Positions 18,346 to 27,532 of a DNA stretch of 64,000 nt are shown in pieces. Source of the stretch: Candidatus Yanofskybacteria bacterium (GTDB lineage Bacteria > Patescibacteriota > Minisyncoccia > JACQLN01); the NCBI GenBank assembly GCA_943359335.1, contig CALRHC010000001.1:22466-86465 (forward strand), read 5' to 3'. A program made the position numbers and the translations under genes. How positions within the stretch are numbered: the first letter of the stretch is position 1; every line of letters begins with the position of its first letter. The notes beneath the pieces were generated by a model. That model was given only the letters and a program-made list of their open reading frames with translations. It made no database searches and was not told where the DNA came from.

Positions 18346-19659
18346 AAACTCCCCATCAAAAACTTTTACAGTAGAGTTTTCTAAAATATACAACTTAGAT
18401 TCTTTAGGTAAATAAATTACTTTATCAATTTTATTTTCTGGCCAAGAGGCGATATTTACATTGGAACGAGTGTCTATTTCTGCGGTTTTGAATAATTGTT
18501 CTTCGCTAAATAAAACATATTCGTCAAAGTGATGCCAAAACATTTCTCTTCTAATGGTTTCATTGCTTTGGTAAACTAACTCTTGATCGTTGGTTTTTTT
18601 AATTTGCCCGTTGGTTACTTCTTTTAACCAAATAACGCCAATATTTTTTCCGTTGGAATAAACAGCTTTGTCGCCTTCAAGGGAAAATTCTATAAAGTTT
18701 GGGTTTTCGAATTTAGTTTCACCCAAAGCCGAAATATTTTGTATGGCAGAATCCATCATTAAAAGTATGTTTGGGTTTTTAATAGCGATAATTTTGTTTT
18801 CAAATACATCGAAACTTTGAATGTTACTAAAGTTAAGATCGGTAACTTTTTCTTCTTTAACGTCTATTAAAAACAATTTAGCATCTATTAAGGCGATGAT
18901 GCTGTTTTTGCCAAACCATCTTAGTTCTGTTGGTAAAAACTTTGTAGGCAATGGTGTTGGGCTGGGGTTTTTTAATACTAGTTTTTTTTCGTATAGAGTT
19001 GTTAAGTTGGTAAACAAGTTACTAGTAGAATCGTAAAGATACCAGTTTTTAATAGCTCTTGTTGTTTCTCTTAAAACAATCAATTTTTGTGAATTCTTAG
19101 ACCAACCTTTATTGTTTTCTAAAAAGTTTACACTTTTATTTTTTAACTTATCTGGGAATTTTAATTCAGTCGAAGTGGCATTTATATTTGTTAAATCGCG
19201 CATTAAAATTTTTGCTGTATCTATTTTAATAGCAATAAGTTTTTTATCGTTAGAGATTGAAAAATCGTTTAAGCCTTGTGTTTCCGGCCAAACGATTTGG
19301 CTTTGTAATTGCTTAGGAAAGAGTATTACGTTTTCTGTGTTGGTTACTAAACCTGCGGTAACCTGAAATTCTTTTCCCCATGTTTGAAAAGTTTCTTTAG
19401 AAACATTAATAGTATATTTTTTTGAAGGTAAAAGATTTTTTATTAAAGCTGATCCTTTTTTATTGTAAACCTTACTGTTGTAAGTAATTTCTGTTTCTTT
19501 TGGATACGTTGATTTTACATAGATAGCTCCTGAAAGAACGAAGTTGTTATTTGAAAAATCCCAACGGTAACCTCGGGCGTACACAAGCAAGACAGAGCCT
19601 GCAGTTAAAAATATAACTACGGCTATGCCGAGCAAAATTCGTCTAATTCTTATAGTCAT
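18343..19659 (-). CDS. hypothetical membrane-anchored protein (438 aa, single N-terminal TM, probably beta-rich extracytoplasmic domain)
   Basis: N-terminal LLGIAVVIFLTAGSVLLVYA anchor; no catalytic motif. Confidence 0.4.
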   Translation of the reverse strand: MTIRIRRILLGIAVVIFLTAGSVLLVYARGYRWDFSNNNFVLSGAIYVKSTYPKETEITYNSKVYNKKGSALIKNLLPSKKYTINVSKETFQTWGKEFQVTAGLVTNTENVILFPKQLQSQIVWPETQGLNDFSISNDKKLIAIKIDTAKILMRDLTNINATSTELKFPDKLKNKSVNFLENNKGWSKNSQKLIVLRETTRAIKNWYLYDSTSNLFTNLTTLYEKKLVLKNPSPTPLPTKFLPTELRWFGKNSIIALIDAKLFLIDVKEEKVTDLNFSNIQSFDVFENKIIAIKNPNILLMMDSAIQNISALGETKFENPNFIEFSLEGDKAVYSNGKNIGVIWLKEVTNGQIKKTNDQELVYQSNETIRREMFWHHFDEYVLFSEEQLFKTAEIDTRSNVNIASWPENKIDKVIYLPKESKLYILENSTVKVFDGEF

Positions 19660-19753
19660 TTTATCGACTTTAAGTTAGCACACTTTTCTTTATTTGAAAA
19701 ACTCCAAAGTGATGTTAGGATAAAGGCCAGATTAGAGTCTTATTTTTGTAAAC

Positions 19754-20758
19754 ATGTCGGTAAAAATTGGAATTGATTTGGGAACCGCTAATATTTTGGT
19801 GTTTGTCCCGTCAAAAGGGATAGTTATTAACGAGCCTTCAGTGGTAGCGGTTTCTTTAGATGAAAACAAAATTATGGCGGTTGGGCACGAGGCTAAAGAG
19901 ATGATTGGTAGAACACACGAAGGTATTATAGCTGTTCGGCCCGTTAAAGATGGAGTTATTGCGGATTATCGTATAACCGAAGCTATGATTCGGCACTTTA
20001 TTAAAAAAATAACCGGCAGGTTTAGCTTTTTTAGGCCTGAAGTTATGGTGGCAGTTCCGGCTGGTGTAACATCAACCGAAAGACGGGCTGTTATAGAAGC
20101 TACACTTAAAGCAGGGGCTAAGGCAGCATATGTTGTTAAGGAACCAATTCTTGCTGCTTTAGGCGCTGGCATACCTATAAACGAAGCTTCGGGTAATATG
20201 ATAATAGATATAGGCGGAGGCACTACAGAGGTGGCTGTAATATCGTTAGGAGGGATTGTGGCGTGGGCATCGGCTCGTGTTGGGGGTAATGCAATTGATA
20301 CAGCTATTCAAAACTATATTCACAAGGTTCATAATTTAGCTGTAGGCGAGCGTACTGCCGAGCAAATTAAAATTGCAATAGGTTCTGCTGTGCCAAAAAA
20401 AGAAGAAGAAATTTTAGAGATTCGTGGCCGTGACCTCGTGGCTGGTTTGCCTAAAACCATAGAACTCCATTCCAACGAAATTCCTAAAGCCATAAAAGAT
20501 ACTTTGGCTGAAATTATAAAGACAGTAAAAATGGTTTTACAAGAAACTCCACCCGAGCTTTCCGCTGATATAATGGATAAAGGCATGATTATTTCTGGTG
20601 GTACAGCTTTATTGCGAAATTTGGATAGTTTAATAACTCAAGAAACTGGCGTGCCTTGTTATGTTGCCGATGATCCACTTTTCTGTGTGGTTAAAGGCAC
20701 AGGGATAGCTTTAGAAAATTTAGAATTATATAAAAGAGCGTTGTTTGCTAAGAGATAG
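19754..20758 (+). CDS. mreB: rod-shape-determining protein MreB (copy 1)
   Basis: Actin-fold motifs IGIDLGTANILV, VAVPAGVTSTERRAV, IIDIGGGTTEVAVISLGG. Confidence 0.85.
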   Translation: MSVKIGIDLGTANILVFVPSKGIVINEPSVVAVSLDENKIMAVGHEAKEMIGRTHEGIIAVRPVKDGVIADYRITEAMIRHFIKKITGRFSFFRPEVMVAVPAGVTSTERRAVIEATLKAGAKAAYVVKEPILAALGAGIPINEASGNMIIDIGGGTTEVAVISLGGIVAWASARVGGNAIDTAIQNYIHKVHNLAVGERTAEQIKIAIGSAVPKKEEEILEIRGRDLVAGLPKTIELHSNEIPKAIKDTLAEIIKTVKMVLQETPPELSADIMDKGMIISGGTALLRNLDSLITQETGVPCYVADDPLFCVVKGTGIALENLELYKRALFAKR

Positions 20759-20834
20759 CTTCAAAAGCTTGTTAGCTTCTTTAGCTTGGTTAGGAAAATC
20801 TAAAAGCTAATGCAGCTAATGAAGCTAAATTTTA
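20759..20834 (+). repeat. intergenic palindromic repeat (AGCTTGTTAGCTTCTTTAGCTT ... AAGCTAATGCAGCTAATGAAGCTAAATTTTA|ATG)
   Basis: Family member ending at the holB ATG. Confidence 0.6.
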
Positions 20835-21581
20835 ATGTATTCTCGTCAACTAAAATATTTAGATCTAGTTTTAAAGAACAACGCAGTGCCTCACGCTTTT
20901 CTTTTTTATGGTTCCGATTTTAATTATCAAGTTAATTTAGCCAAAGATTTTTTAATAAAAATAAACAAAGCCGAAGATAAAAAACAAATAATAAACGAAT
21001 CTCATCCCGATACTATTTTTATAAGCCGTGAAGATGAAAAAAAAGAAATAGGCATTGCTCAAATGAGGCGTCTTAAGGATTTTGCATCTTTAACCTCGAA
21101 CCACCTTAAATGTAAGGGTATTTTTATAAAGGAAGCTGAATATTTAAACGAAGAGTCTTGGAACGCGCTTTTAAAAACACTAGAAGAACCAATGGGTAAT
21201 AGTATTATCTTTATTCTTTCTAGTAACATTAAAAACATACCAAAAACTATTGTTTCTCGGGTTGTGAGCTTACCTTTTTATAATGAGGATATTTTAAACA
21301 AAGTCCATAGTCCAAAAGATGATATAATTATTACTAAGCTTTGCAGTATAGAAAAACTTGCTTTTGCAGAAAGAATTGATTTAGCAGAAGAAATAGCAAA
21401 AAAAGAAAATTTTTTTCCGTTATTAGACACTTGGCTAATTAAATTAAGATCAGATTTGCTAGTTAATAATAAAAAAGAAACAGCCGAGTTTATGGAAAGT
21501 TTGGCTAAAGCAAAAAATATTTTACTTTCGACCAACGTAAATACCCGTTTAGTTTTGGAGAATTTATTTTTTAGGGTTTAG
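20835..21581 (+). CDS. holB: DNA polymerase III delta-prime subunit (clamp-loader, AAA+ lid)
   Basis: VPHAFLFYGSDFNYQVNLAKDFL plus the sensor region; 248 aa. Confidence 0.6.
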   Translation: MYSRQLKYLDLVLKNNAVPHAFLFYGSDFNYQVNLAKDFLIKINKAEDKKQIINESHPDTIFISREDEKKEIGIAQMRRLKDFASLTSNHLKCKGIFIKEAEYLNEESWNALLKTLEEPMGNSIIFILSSNIKNIPKTIVSRVVSLPFYNEDILNKVHSPKDDIIITKLCSIEKLAFAERIDLAEEIAKKENFFPLLDTWLIKLRSDLLVNNKKETAEFMESLAKAKNILLSTNVNTRLVLENLFFRV

Positions 21582-21624
21582 TTTAGGATTTAAAAAGTTT
21601 TAAGTTATAGGTTACAAGATTTTT

Positions 21625-22761
21625 ATGGCTGGGTTATTAAAATTTATAATTTTCGCTGCTATCGTAGGTTCATTAGCCCTCTTTTTTGGGCAGATCTATT
21701 TTGGCCAATTTTTAAACCCACAAGGAGGTTTTTTTGTTAGCGCAGATAGAGGTACTACATGGAAAAAAATAGGTTTATTGGCCACAGGAGGGAGCATAAA
21801 TAGATTAAATATTTTAGAAATAAAATCTAACCCTAAAGATTCTAGAATCTTATACGCTATTACTTTAGGTGCCGGAGTTTTAAAAAGTGTAGATGGTGGA
21901 GAGGTTTGGTATAAATTAGGAGATAAAAATAATATTTTGATTCCTCGGGCAAATGTTCTTGCTTTAGCTACGGATTATCGTTACCCAGATTACAATAAAG
22001 ATATTCCGGATAAATTTTATTTAGCGGTTTATCAAAATAAATCTGGAAAAGTTTTAAAAACGGAAGATGGTGGTATTTCGTTTAAAGAAGTTTACATAAC
22101 CTCTCGTTCGGGTTTTCCTGTTTATGATGTAGCTTTGGACCCACGTAACCCAAATATTGTTTGGGTGGCTACGGGCGAGGGAAATTTATTAAAAAGCCCA
22201 GATGGTGGCGCAACTTGGAAGTTAGTGCAGGAATTTGGCAAAGCCATAAGTTTTTTGTTAATTAATCCTTCTAACCCAAGCTCAATGCTAGTTACTACTT
22301 TTACCGGAAGTATTTTTACTTCGCAAGATGGTGGTGCTACGTGGACAGACGATACCGAAGGAATTATATCTTTTAAAAATGCTCGTTTAATAGAAAAAGT
22401 TTTATATAACCCAACTGACGGTGGAGTTTATTTAACAAGTAAATTTGGTTTAATAAAATCTTATGATTTTGGCATAAACTGGCAGGCGATGGATGTTGTT
22501 ACCGCTAACGATATTTTACCTGCAACCGATGTTGCCTTTGGGCGGTTGTTAGGTTCGCAAAATGTTTATGTTTCTGCCAGCAACTTTATTTATTCTAGTA
22601 AAGATGGCGGAAAATTTTGGCAAATACGAAAACTTGGCACCGCTAGGCAAATTAGAACTTTATGGGTTGATCCTAAAAACCCAGATAAAATAATCGTTGG
22701 AACCAGTGGTTCTGGCAAGAAAGCTAAAAGTTCGTTGTTTATGTTTCCTACTGGGAAATAG
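21625..22761 (+). CDS. BNR/Asp-box repeat beta-propeller protein (Ycf48/sialidase-like), N-terminal TM anchor
   Basis: Six S/TxDGGxTW Asp-box repeats (SADRGTTW, SVDGGEVW, TEDGGISF, SPDGGATW, SQDGGATW, SKDGGKFW). Confidence 0.7.
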   Translation: MAGLLKFIIFAAIVGSLALFFGQIYFGQFLNPQGGFFVSADRGTTWKKIGLLATGGSINRLNILEIKSNPKDSRILYAITLGAGVLKSVDGGEVWYKLGDKNNILIPRANVLALATDYRYPDYNKDIPDKFYLAVYQNKSGKVLKTEDGGISFKEVYITSRSGFPVYDVALDPRNPNIVWVATGEGNLLKSPDGGATWKLVQEFGKAISFLLINPSNPSSMLVTTFTGSIFTSQDGGATWTDDTEGIISFKNARLIEKVLYNPTDGGVYLTSKFGLIKSYDFGINWQAMDVVTANDILPATDVAFGRLLGSQNVYVSASNFIYSSKDGGKFWQIRKLGTARQIRTLWVDPKNPDKIIVGTSGSGKKAKSSLFMFPTGK

Positions 22762-22827
22762 TAGAAATTTATCGAAGTTCCATGGTTTATACTAAAAACA
22801 TTTTCATGCTATGCTAATTTTATTAGT

Positions 22828-23358
22828 ATGGAGACACAAGAATTTAAAATTAAACTAAAAGAAGTCGCTACATTTTTGGCGAACGAACTATCAAAAGTGC
22901 GCAGTAACCGTGCTTCACCAGCTTTAGTGGAAGATATATCGGTAGATTATTTTGGCAATAAGACTCCAATAAAGGGTATTGCTAGCATAAGTTCATTAGA
23001 CGCTAGAACCTTGGTTATAGAACCTTGGGATAAAAGTGCCTTGGAACCAATTGCAAAGGCTATTGCCAATGCTAGTATTGGCGCGCAACCTATTGTAGAT
23101 AGCAAAAGCGTTAGATTAAGCTTGCCACAATTAACTCAAGAGCGTAGGCAAGAACTTATAAAATTGGTTTCTCAAAAAATGGAAGAAGCAAAAATAAGAG
23201 CTCGCAGATTGCGTGATGATGCCGTAAAAAGCGCCCAGCAAGAAAAATCCGAAGATATTAAGTTTAGAAAGAAAGACGAAATCGAAAAGGCGATGAAAGA
23301 AAATAATCAGGCTTTGGAAGATTTAAAAAGTAAAAAAGAGAAAGAGTTAATGAACTAG
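22828..23358 (+). CDS. frr: ribosome recycling factor
   Basis: LSKVRSNRASPALVEDISVDYFGNKTPIKGIASIS...LPQLTQERRQELIK. Confidence 0.9.
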   Translation: METQEFKIKLKEVATFLANELSKVRSNRASPALVEDISVDYFGNKTPIKGIASISSLDARTLVIEPWDKSALEPIAKAIANASIGAQPIVDSKSVRLSLPQLTQERRQELIKLVSQKMEEAKIRARRLRDDAVKSAQQEKSEDIKFRKKDEIEKAMKENNQALEDLKSKKEKELMN

Positions 23359-23429
23359 CTTTCAGCTTCATTAGCTTTTAGGAAACTACCTATAAGCTAA
23401 CGAAGCTAACGAAGCTAACGAAGCTAATC
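23359..23429 (+). repeat. intergenic palindromic repeat (AGCTTTCAGCTTCATTAGCTTTT ... (GCTAACGAA)x3 GCTAATC|ATG)
   Basis: Left arm complementary to the right arm; right arm is a 9-bp tandem repeat; ends at the rseP ATG. Confidence 0.65.
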
Positions 23430-24509
23430 ATGACAGTTTTAATATTTTTTATTGTATTATCTGTTCTAGTTCTGGCTCATGAATATGGCCATTACATAAC
23501 TGCTAAGCGCGCCGGCGCTAAGGTGGAGGAATTTGGTTTTGGTTTTCCGCCTAAAATTTTCTCTATAAAAAGGGGCGATACTGTTTTTTCTTTTAATTTA
23601 ATTCCCTTTGGCGGTTTTGTAAAAATATTTGGTGAATCTGGCGAACACAGAAACGAAGTTGGTAGTTTTTCGTCTTTAAAAATATCTAAACGAGCTAAAA
23701 TAGTTTGTGCCGGTGTTTTTATGAACTTGGTTTTAGCCTATGTGCTATTAAGTTTCGGAAATTTAATGGGCAGGCCAATGATTTTAGATGAAACAAATAG
23801 TGCTAAAGCTACTAATATTAAAATTCAAATAACTGCACTTTCCGAAAATTCTCCCGCATCAAGTAATGGTATTAAAGTGGGTGATTCTGTTATGGGTATA
23901 AAGTTAACCGATGGCACATTAAAAACATTTCCCGAAGTTTCCGAATTTAGATCTTTTGTAGAAAGCGAAGCCGGAAAAGAAATAAATTTAGTTTTATTGC
24001 GAGGCAAAGAAAATATAGATATTAAAATTACTCCACGTGTTAACCCGCCAGAAAACGAAGGTGCTTTGGGTGTGGCTCTAGCTAAAACTGGTTTGGTTAA
24101 ATCGCCGTGGTACTTATTTTTATGGAGCGGATTAAAAGATTTAGGCTTTATGGTTTGGATGATCGGATCCGCACTACTTTTATTTTTTAAAACTTTATTT
24201 ATTGAGGGCAGGGTAATGGGTGAAATTACAGGGCCAATAGGCATAGCTTCTTTAACGGGCGAGGCTTACAACATGGGTATAGTTTATTTGTTAAATTTAG
24301 TAGCCATACTTTCTGTTAATTTGGCTATACTAAACATAATGCCTTTTCCGGCGCTTGATGGTGGCAGGTTAGTGTTTTTAATCATAGAAAAAATAAAGGG
24401 CTCGCCTTTAAGCCAAAAATTTGAAAATACAGTAAACGTTGCTGGGTTTATTTTGTTACTTGCACTAATGTTTTTTGTAACTTGGAAAGATATAGTTAAA
24501 TTTTTCTAA
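23430..24509 (+). CDS. rseP: RIP site-2 zinc metalloprotease RseP (M50)
   Basis: HEYGHYITAKRAG (HExxH), PDZ insert, C-terminal LDGG motif (FPALDGGRLVF). Confidence 0.85.
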   Translation: MTVLIFFIVLSVLVLAHEYGHYITAKRAGAKVEEFGFGFPPKIFSIKRGDTVFSFNLIPFGGFVKIFGESGEHRNEVGSFSSLKISKRAKIVCAGVFMNLVLAYVLLSFGNLMGRPMILDETNSAKATNIKIQITALSENSPASSNGIKVGDSVMGIKLTDGTLKTFPEVSEFRSFVESEAGKEINLVLLRGKENIDIKITPRVNPPENEGALGVALAKTGLVKSPWYLFLWSGLKDLGFMVWMIGSALLLFFKTLFIEGRVMGEITGPIGIASLTGEAYNMGIVYLLNLVAILSVNLAILNIMPFPALDGGRLVFLIIEKIKGSPLSQKFENTVNVAGFILLLALMFFVTWKDIVKFF

Positions 24510-24516
24510 TACTTTA

Positions 24517-24604
24517 TCAAAATATCACTCCTCGCAGACGACACGGAGGCCTCTCAATTGTAGAATCGGTCATCTCCGTGATGCTACTCGGATTGATGTT
24601 TTGA
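24517..24604 (+). ncRNA. structured RNA-like element E1 (homolog of the element at 39787..39909), starts 8 nt after the rseP stop; strand inferred
   Basis: 15-nt terminal helix TCAAAATATCACTCC/GGATTGATGTTTTGA; inner helix ACGGAG/CTCCGT; conserved joining strands TCGCAGACGAC and GATGCTACTC identical or near-identical to E2 with compensatory changes in both helices. Confidence 0.5.
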
Positions 24605-24653
24605 TTTTCATGCTATATATAAAAAGCCCCGACAAAGGTCGAGGCTTACTCTT

Positions 24654-25073
24654 TTAACAACACAACTTGGTTTGAGATTTTTTTCTTAATATTATACTTG
24701 TTACTACATCTGAACTTGGAGATTTTGTTTCGTGGGGCATTAGTATTTGGCCCACACATACAGGCATAGTTATATCAATTCCCCCAATTTCTGTATTGTG
24801 TATATGAAGGGCTTTTATTGTAACTTCGCAAATACTCCAGATATTTCCAGTCTTACATAGTTTACAGAAGATCTCCGATTCAGCCGGCCAGTGTTCGGGA
24901 AAAATCTTTATTCTGGCTTCTTTGGTATGGCCATGGATCTTTTTCGGCTTCACATATTCCAGTTCAGCTTTTGCTATGGGCATCCAACCATCCAGTGTGC
25001 CTATAAACAAGTCGTCTAGTCTTACTAAGAGTCTGCAAATTTCTAGTGTCATAGAGCCGATTATATGCCTCAT
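24654..25073 (-). CDS. hypothetical Cys-rich protein (139 aa); weak HGHT-type metal-binding motif
   Basis: KIHGHTKE...HIHNTEIGG; GC slightly above background; no confident family. Confidence 0.35.
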   Translation of the reverse strand: MRHIIGSMTLEICRLLVRLDDLFIGTLDGWMPIAKAELEYVKPKKIHGHTKEARIKIFPEHWPAESEIFCKLCKTGNIWSICEVTIKALHIHNTEIGGIDITMPVCVGQILMPHETKSPSSDVVTSIILRKKSQTKLCC

Positions 25074-25211
25074 AACAATTTTCTCCCCGTTTAGTGTGTT
25101 TGAAAGAACTTTAATAAAATAACACTTAGTTTATTTTTTGTCAAAATAATTGTCAGGTGTCGAATGGAGTGTTAAAATCTATCAATTATTAGAATCTAGA
25201 CTATTTATTTT

Positions 25212-26462
25212 ATGCGTTACTCTCAATCGTTTATAAATACTCGTCGGGACGATCCAAAGGACGAAACAGCCACAAATGCTCGTTTGTTAATTCGTGGTGG
25301 TTTTATAGACAAGCTTATGGCTGGTTCTTACACCTTCCTGCCTTTAGGTTGGCGGGTTTATCAAAAAATAGAACAGATTGTTCGCGAAGAAATGAATGCT
25401 GTTGGTAGTGGCGAAATTTTAATGCCACTGCTTCATCCACGCGATGTTTGGAATGAGACTGGTCGCTGGGCGGATCCAAACGTTAAACAGATAATGTATC
25501 AGTTTAAATCCGTAGATGAAAAAGAATATGGACTTTCGTTTACACACGAAGAAATATTTTTAGATGTTGTTCGCAAAAATTCTTTAAGTTACAAGAATTT
25601 ACCAATAAAGCTTTATCATTTTTCTACCAAGTTTAGAAACGAACCTCGGGCGAAATCTGGTTTATTGCGTGGCCGTGAATTTATAATGAAAGATTTATAT
25701 AGCTTGCACGCTACTCAAGACGATTTAGATAAATTTTATTGGGAAGTTAAAGATGCATACTTACGTGTGTTTGATCGGGTTGGATTAAAAGATGTTAAGG
25801 TGGTTGAAGCTTCGGGTGGAGTTTTTACTTCTGGGCATACACACGAATTTCAGCTAGTAAGCCCAGTAGGTGAAGATAATATTTATTTTTGCGATAAATG
25901 TGATTGGGCACAAAACAAAGAAATTTATACACATAAAATTGGCGAAGCTTGCCCAAAGTGTGGCGGACAAGTTGAAGAAGCAAGCTCCATTGAAGTTGGA
26001 AATATTTTTAGATTTGGTACGGTATATTCCGAAAAAATGGGAATTAATTTTAAAGATTCCGATGGTAAAGATAATCCACCATATTTAGGTAGTTATGGTA
26101 TAGGTATGAGCCGTTTGGTTGGAGTTTTGGCCGAAGTATTTAATGATGAAGCTGGAATGAAGTGGCCAAAAAGTGTGGCTCCATTTTTGATCCACCTTAC
26201 TTTTTTGGGTGGCGCTAAAGATGAAGCCGAAAAATTATATAAATCTTTAGCCCAAAAGAATATGGATGTTTTATGGGATGATCGCGAAGAGTCTGCTGGA
26301 GTAAAGTTGTCGGATGCAGATTTAATTGGTATTCCTTATAGAGTAATTGTTAGCGATAAAACTTTGGCTAAAGATAGTGTAGAAATAAAAGAAAGAGGTA
26401 GTGATAAAGTAGAGATGGTTAAATTGGATGAATTGTCTTCTTGGTTGGAAAGGTTAGAGTAG
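25212..26462 (+). CDS. proS: proline--tRNA ligase, short form without the INS editing domain
   Basis: Class-II motifs (FRNEPRAKSGLLRGREF, GYGIGMSRL), anticodon-binding C-domain; CxxC-x18-CxxC insert CDKCDW...CPKCGG. Confidence 0.8.
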   Translation: MRYSQSFINTRRDDPKDETATNARLLIRGGFIDKLMAGSYTFLPLGWRVYQKIEQIVREEMNAVGSGEILMPLLHPRDVWNETGRWADPNVKQIMYQFKSVDEKEYGLSFTHEEIFLDVVRKNSLSYKNLPIKLYHFSTKFRNEPRAKSGLLRGREFIMKDLYSLHATQDDLDKFYWEVKDAYLRVFDRVGLKDVKVVEASGGVFTSGHTHEFQLVSPVGEDNIYFCDKCDWAQNKEIYTHKIGEACPKCGGQVEEASSIEVGNIFRFGTVYSEKMGINFKDSDGKDNPPYLGSYGIGMSRLVGVLAEVFNDEAGMKWPKSVAPFLIHLTFLGGAKDEAEKLYKSLAQKNMDVLWDDREESAGVKLSDADLIGIPYRVIVSDKTLAKDSVEIKERGSDKVEMVKLDELSSWLERLE

Positions 26463-26468
26463 ATTTTT

Positions 26469-27530
26469 ATGTATTTACTGAATAAATTTTTTGGTCATTT
26501 TGCTAAAGATATAGGTGTTGATCTGGGAACAGTCAACACCCTTATTTATGTTAAGGATAGAGGTATTGTTGTTAACGAACCTTCTTTAGTTGCGGTTAAT
26601 AAAAAAACAGGGCAAGTTTTGGCAATTGGTAGGGAAGCTAAAAAAATGTTGGGGCGAACTCCTAATCATATTATAGCTATTAAGCCTTTGGCTAACGGAG
26701 TAATTTCCGATTTTGAAGTGACAGAACAAATGCTTAAACATTTTTTCCAAAAAGTTCATGGAGAATCTTTTTATATGGTGCCTCGGCCAAGGGTTGTTAT
26801 TGGAATTCCATCGGGTGTAACCGAAGTAGAAAAAAGAGCTGTCGAGGAAGCTGCGCGCAACGCCGGCGCTAGAGAGGTTATGTTAGTAGAAGAACCCGTG
26901 GCTGCGGCATTAGGCGCTAGATTACCTGTACAGGAGGCACTTGGTAATATGATTGTAGATATTGGTGGCGGTACCACCGAAGTTGCTGTTATTTCTTTGG
27001 GTGGCTTAGTGGCTGGAAGAAGTTTAAGGGTAGCGGGAGAAAAATTAAACGAAGATATTATTCAGATGGCTCGGGACGATCATAGCTTGCTTTTGGGGCC
27101 TCGTTCAGCAGAAGAAATTAAAATAGCAGTTGGTAGTGTAGTAGATTTAAGCGAAAAATTGGAAACTGTTATGCGTGGCCGCGATTTAATAACTGGTTTA
27201 CCAAAAGAAGTTATAGTAACCTCAAAAGATGTAAAAAAAGCTATATCAAAATCGGTTAAAACTATTGTAGATATGGTTCGCGAAATTGTTGAAAAAACTC
27301 CGCCGGAACTTTTAGGTGATATTATGAAACGTGGAATTGTTTTGGCCGGTGGTGGTAGCTTGTTACGTGGTATAGATGAATTAATAAATAAAGAAACGGG
27401 AATTGTTGTTAAAGTTGCCGATGATCCCTTAACTGCCGTGGCTCGTGGCACGGGGATAATTTTAGAAGATACAGAAAAATACAAAGAACTTTTGGCTTCG
27501 AGGGATTATGTTACTGCGCCAAAAGATTAA
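26469..27530 (+). CDS. mreB: MreB paralog (copy 2), immediately upstream of mreC
   Basis: IGVDLGTVNTLIYV, IGIPSGVTEVEKRAV, IVDIGGGTTEVAVISLGG. Confidence 0.85.
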   Translation: MYLLNKFFGHFAKDIGVDLGTVNTLIYVKDRGIVVNEPSLVAVNKKTGQVLAIGREAKKMLGRTPNHIIAIKPLANGVISDFEVTEQMLKHFFQKVHGESFYMVPRPRVVIGIPSGVTEVEKRAVEEAARNAGAREVMLVEEPVAAALGARLPVQEALGNMIVDIGGGTTEVAVISLGGLVAGRSLRVAGEKLNEDIIQMARDDHSLLLGPRSAEEIKIAVGSVVDLSEKLETVMRGRDLITGLPKEVIVTSKDVKKAISKSVKTIVDMVREIVEKTPPELLGDIMKRGIVLAGGGSLLRGIDELINKETGIVVKVADDPLTAVARGTGIILEDTEKYKELLASRDYVTAPKD

Positions 27531-27532
27531 TT

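Noticed and set aside
23392-23428. CRISPR array
   Set aside because: The tandem repeats are only 7-9 bp units without spacers; no cas genes are present. They are part of the palindromic intergenic element family.
24654-25073. Metallophosphoesterase annotation for the 139-aa minus-strand ORF
   Set aside because: Only a loose HGHT-like motif and no GDxHG/GNHE motifs; too weak for a family call.
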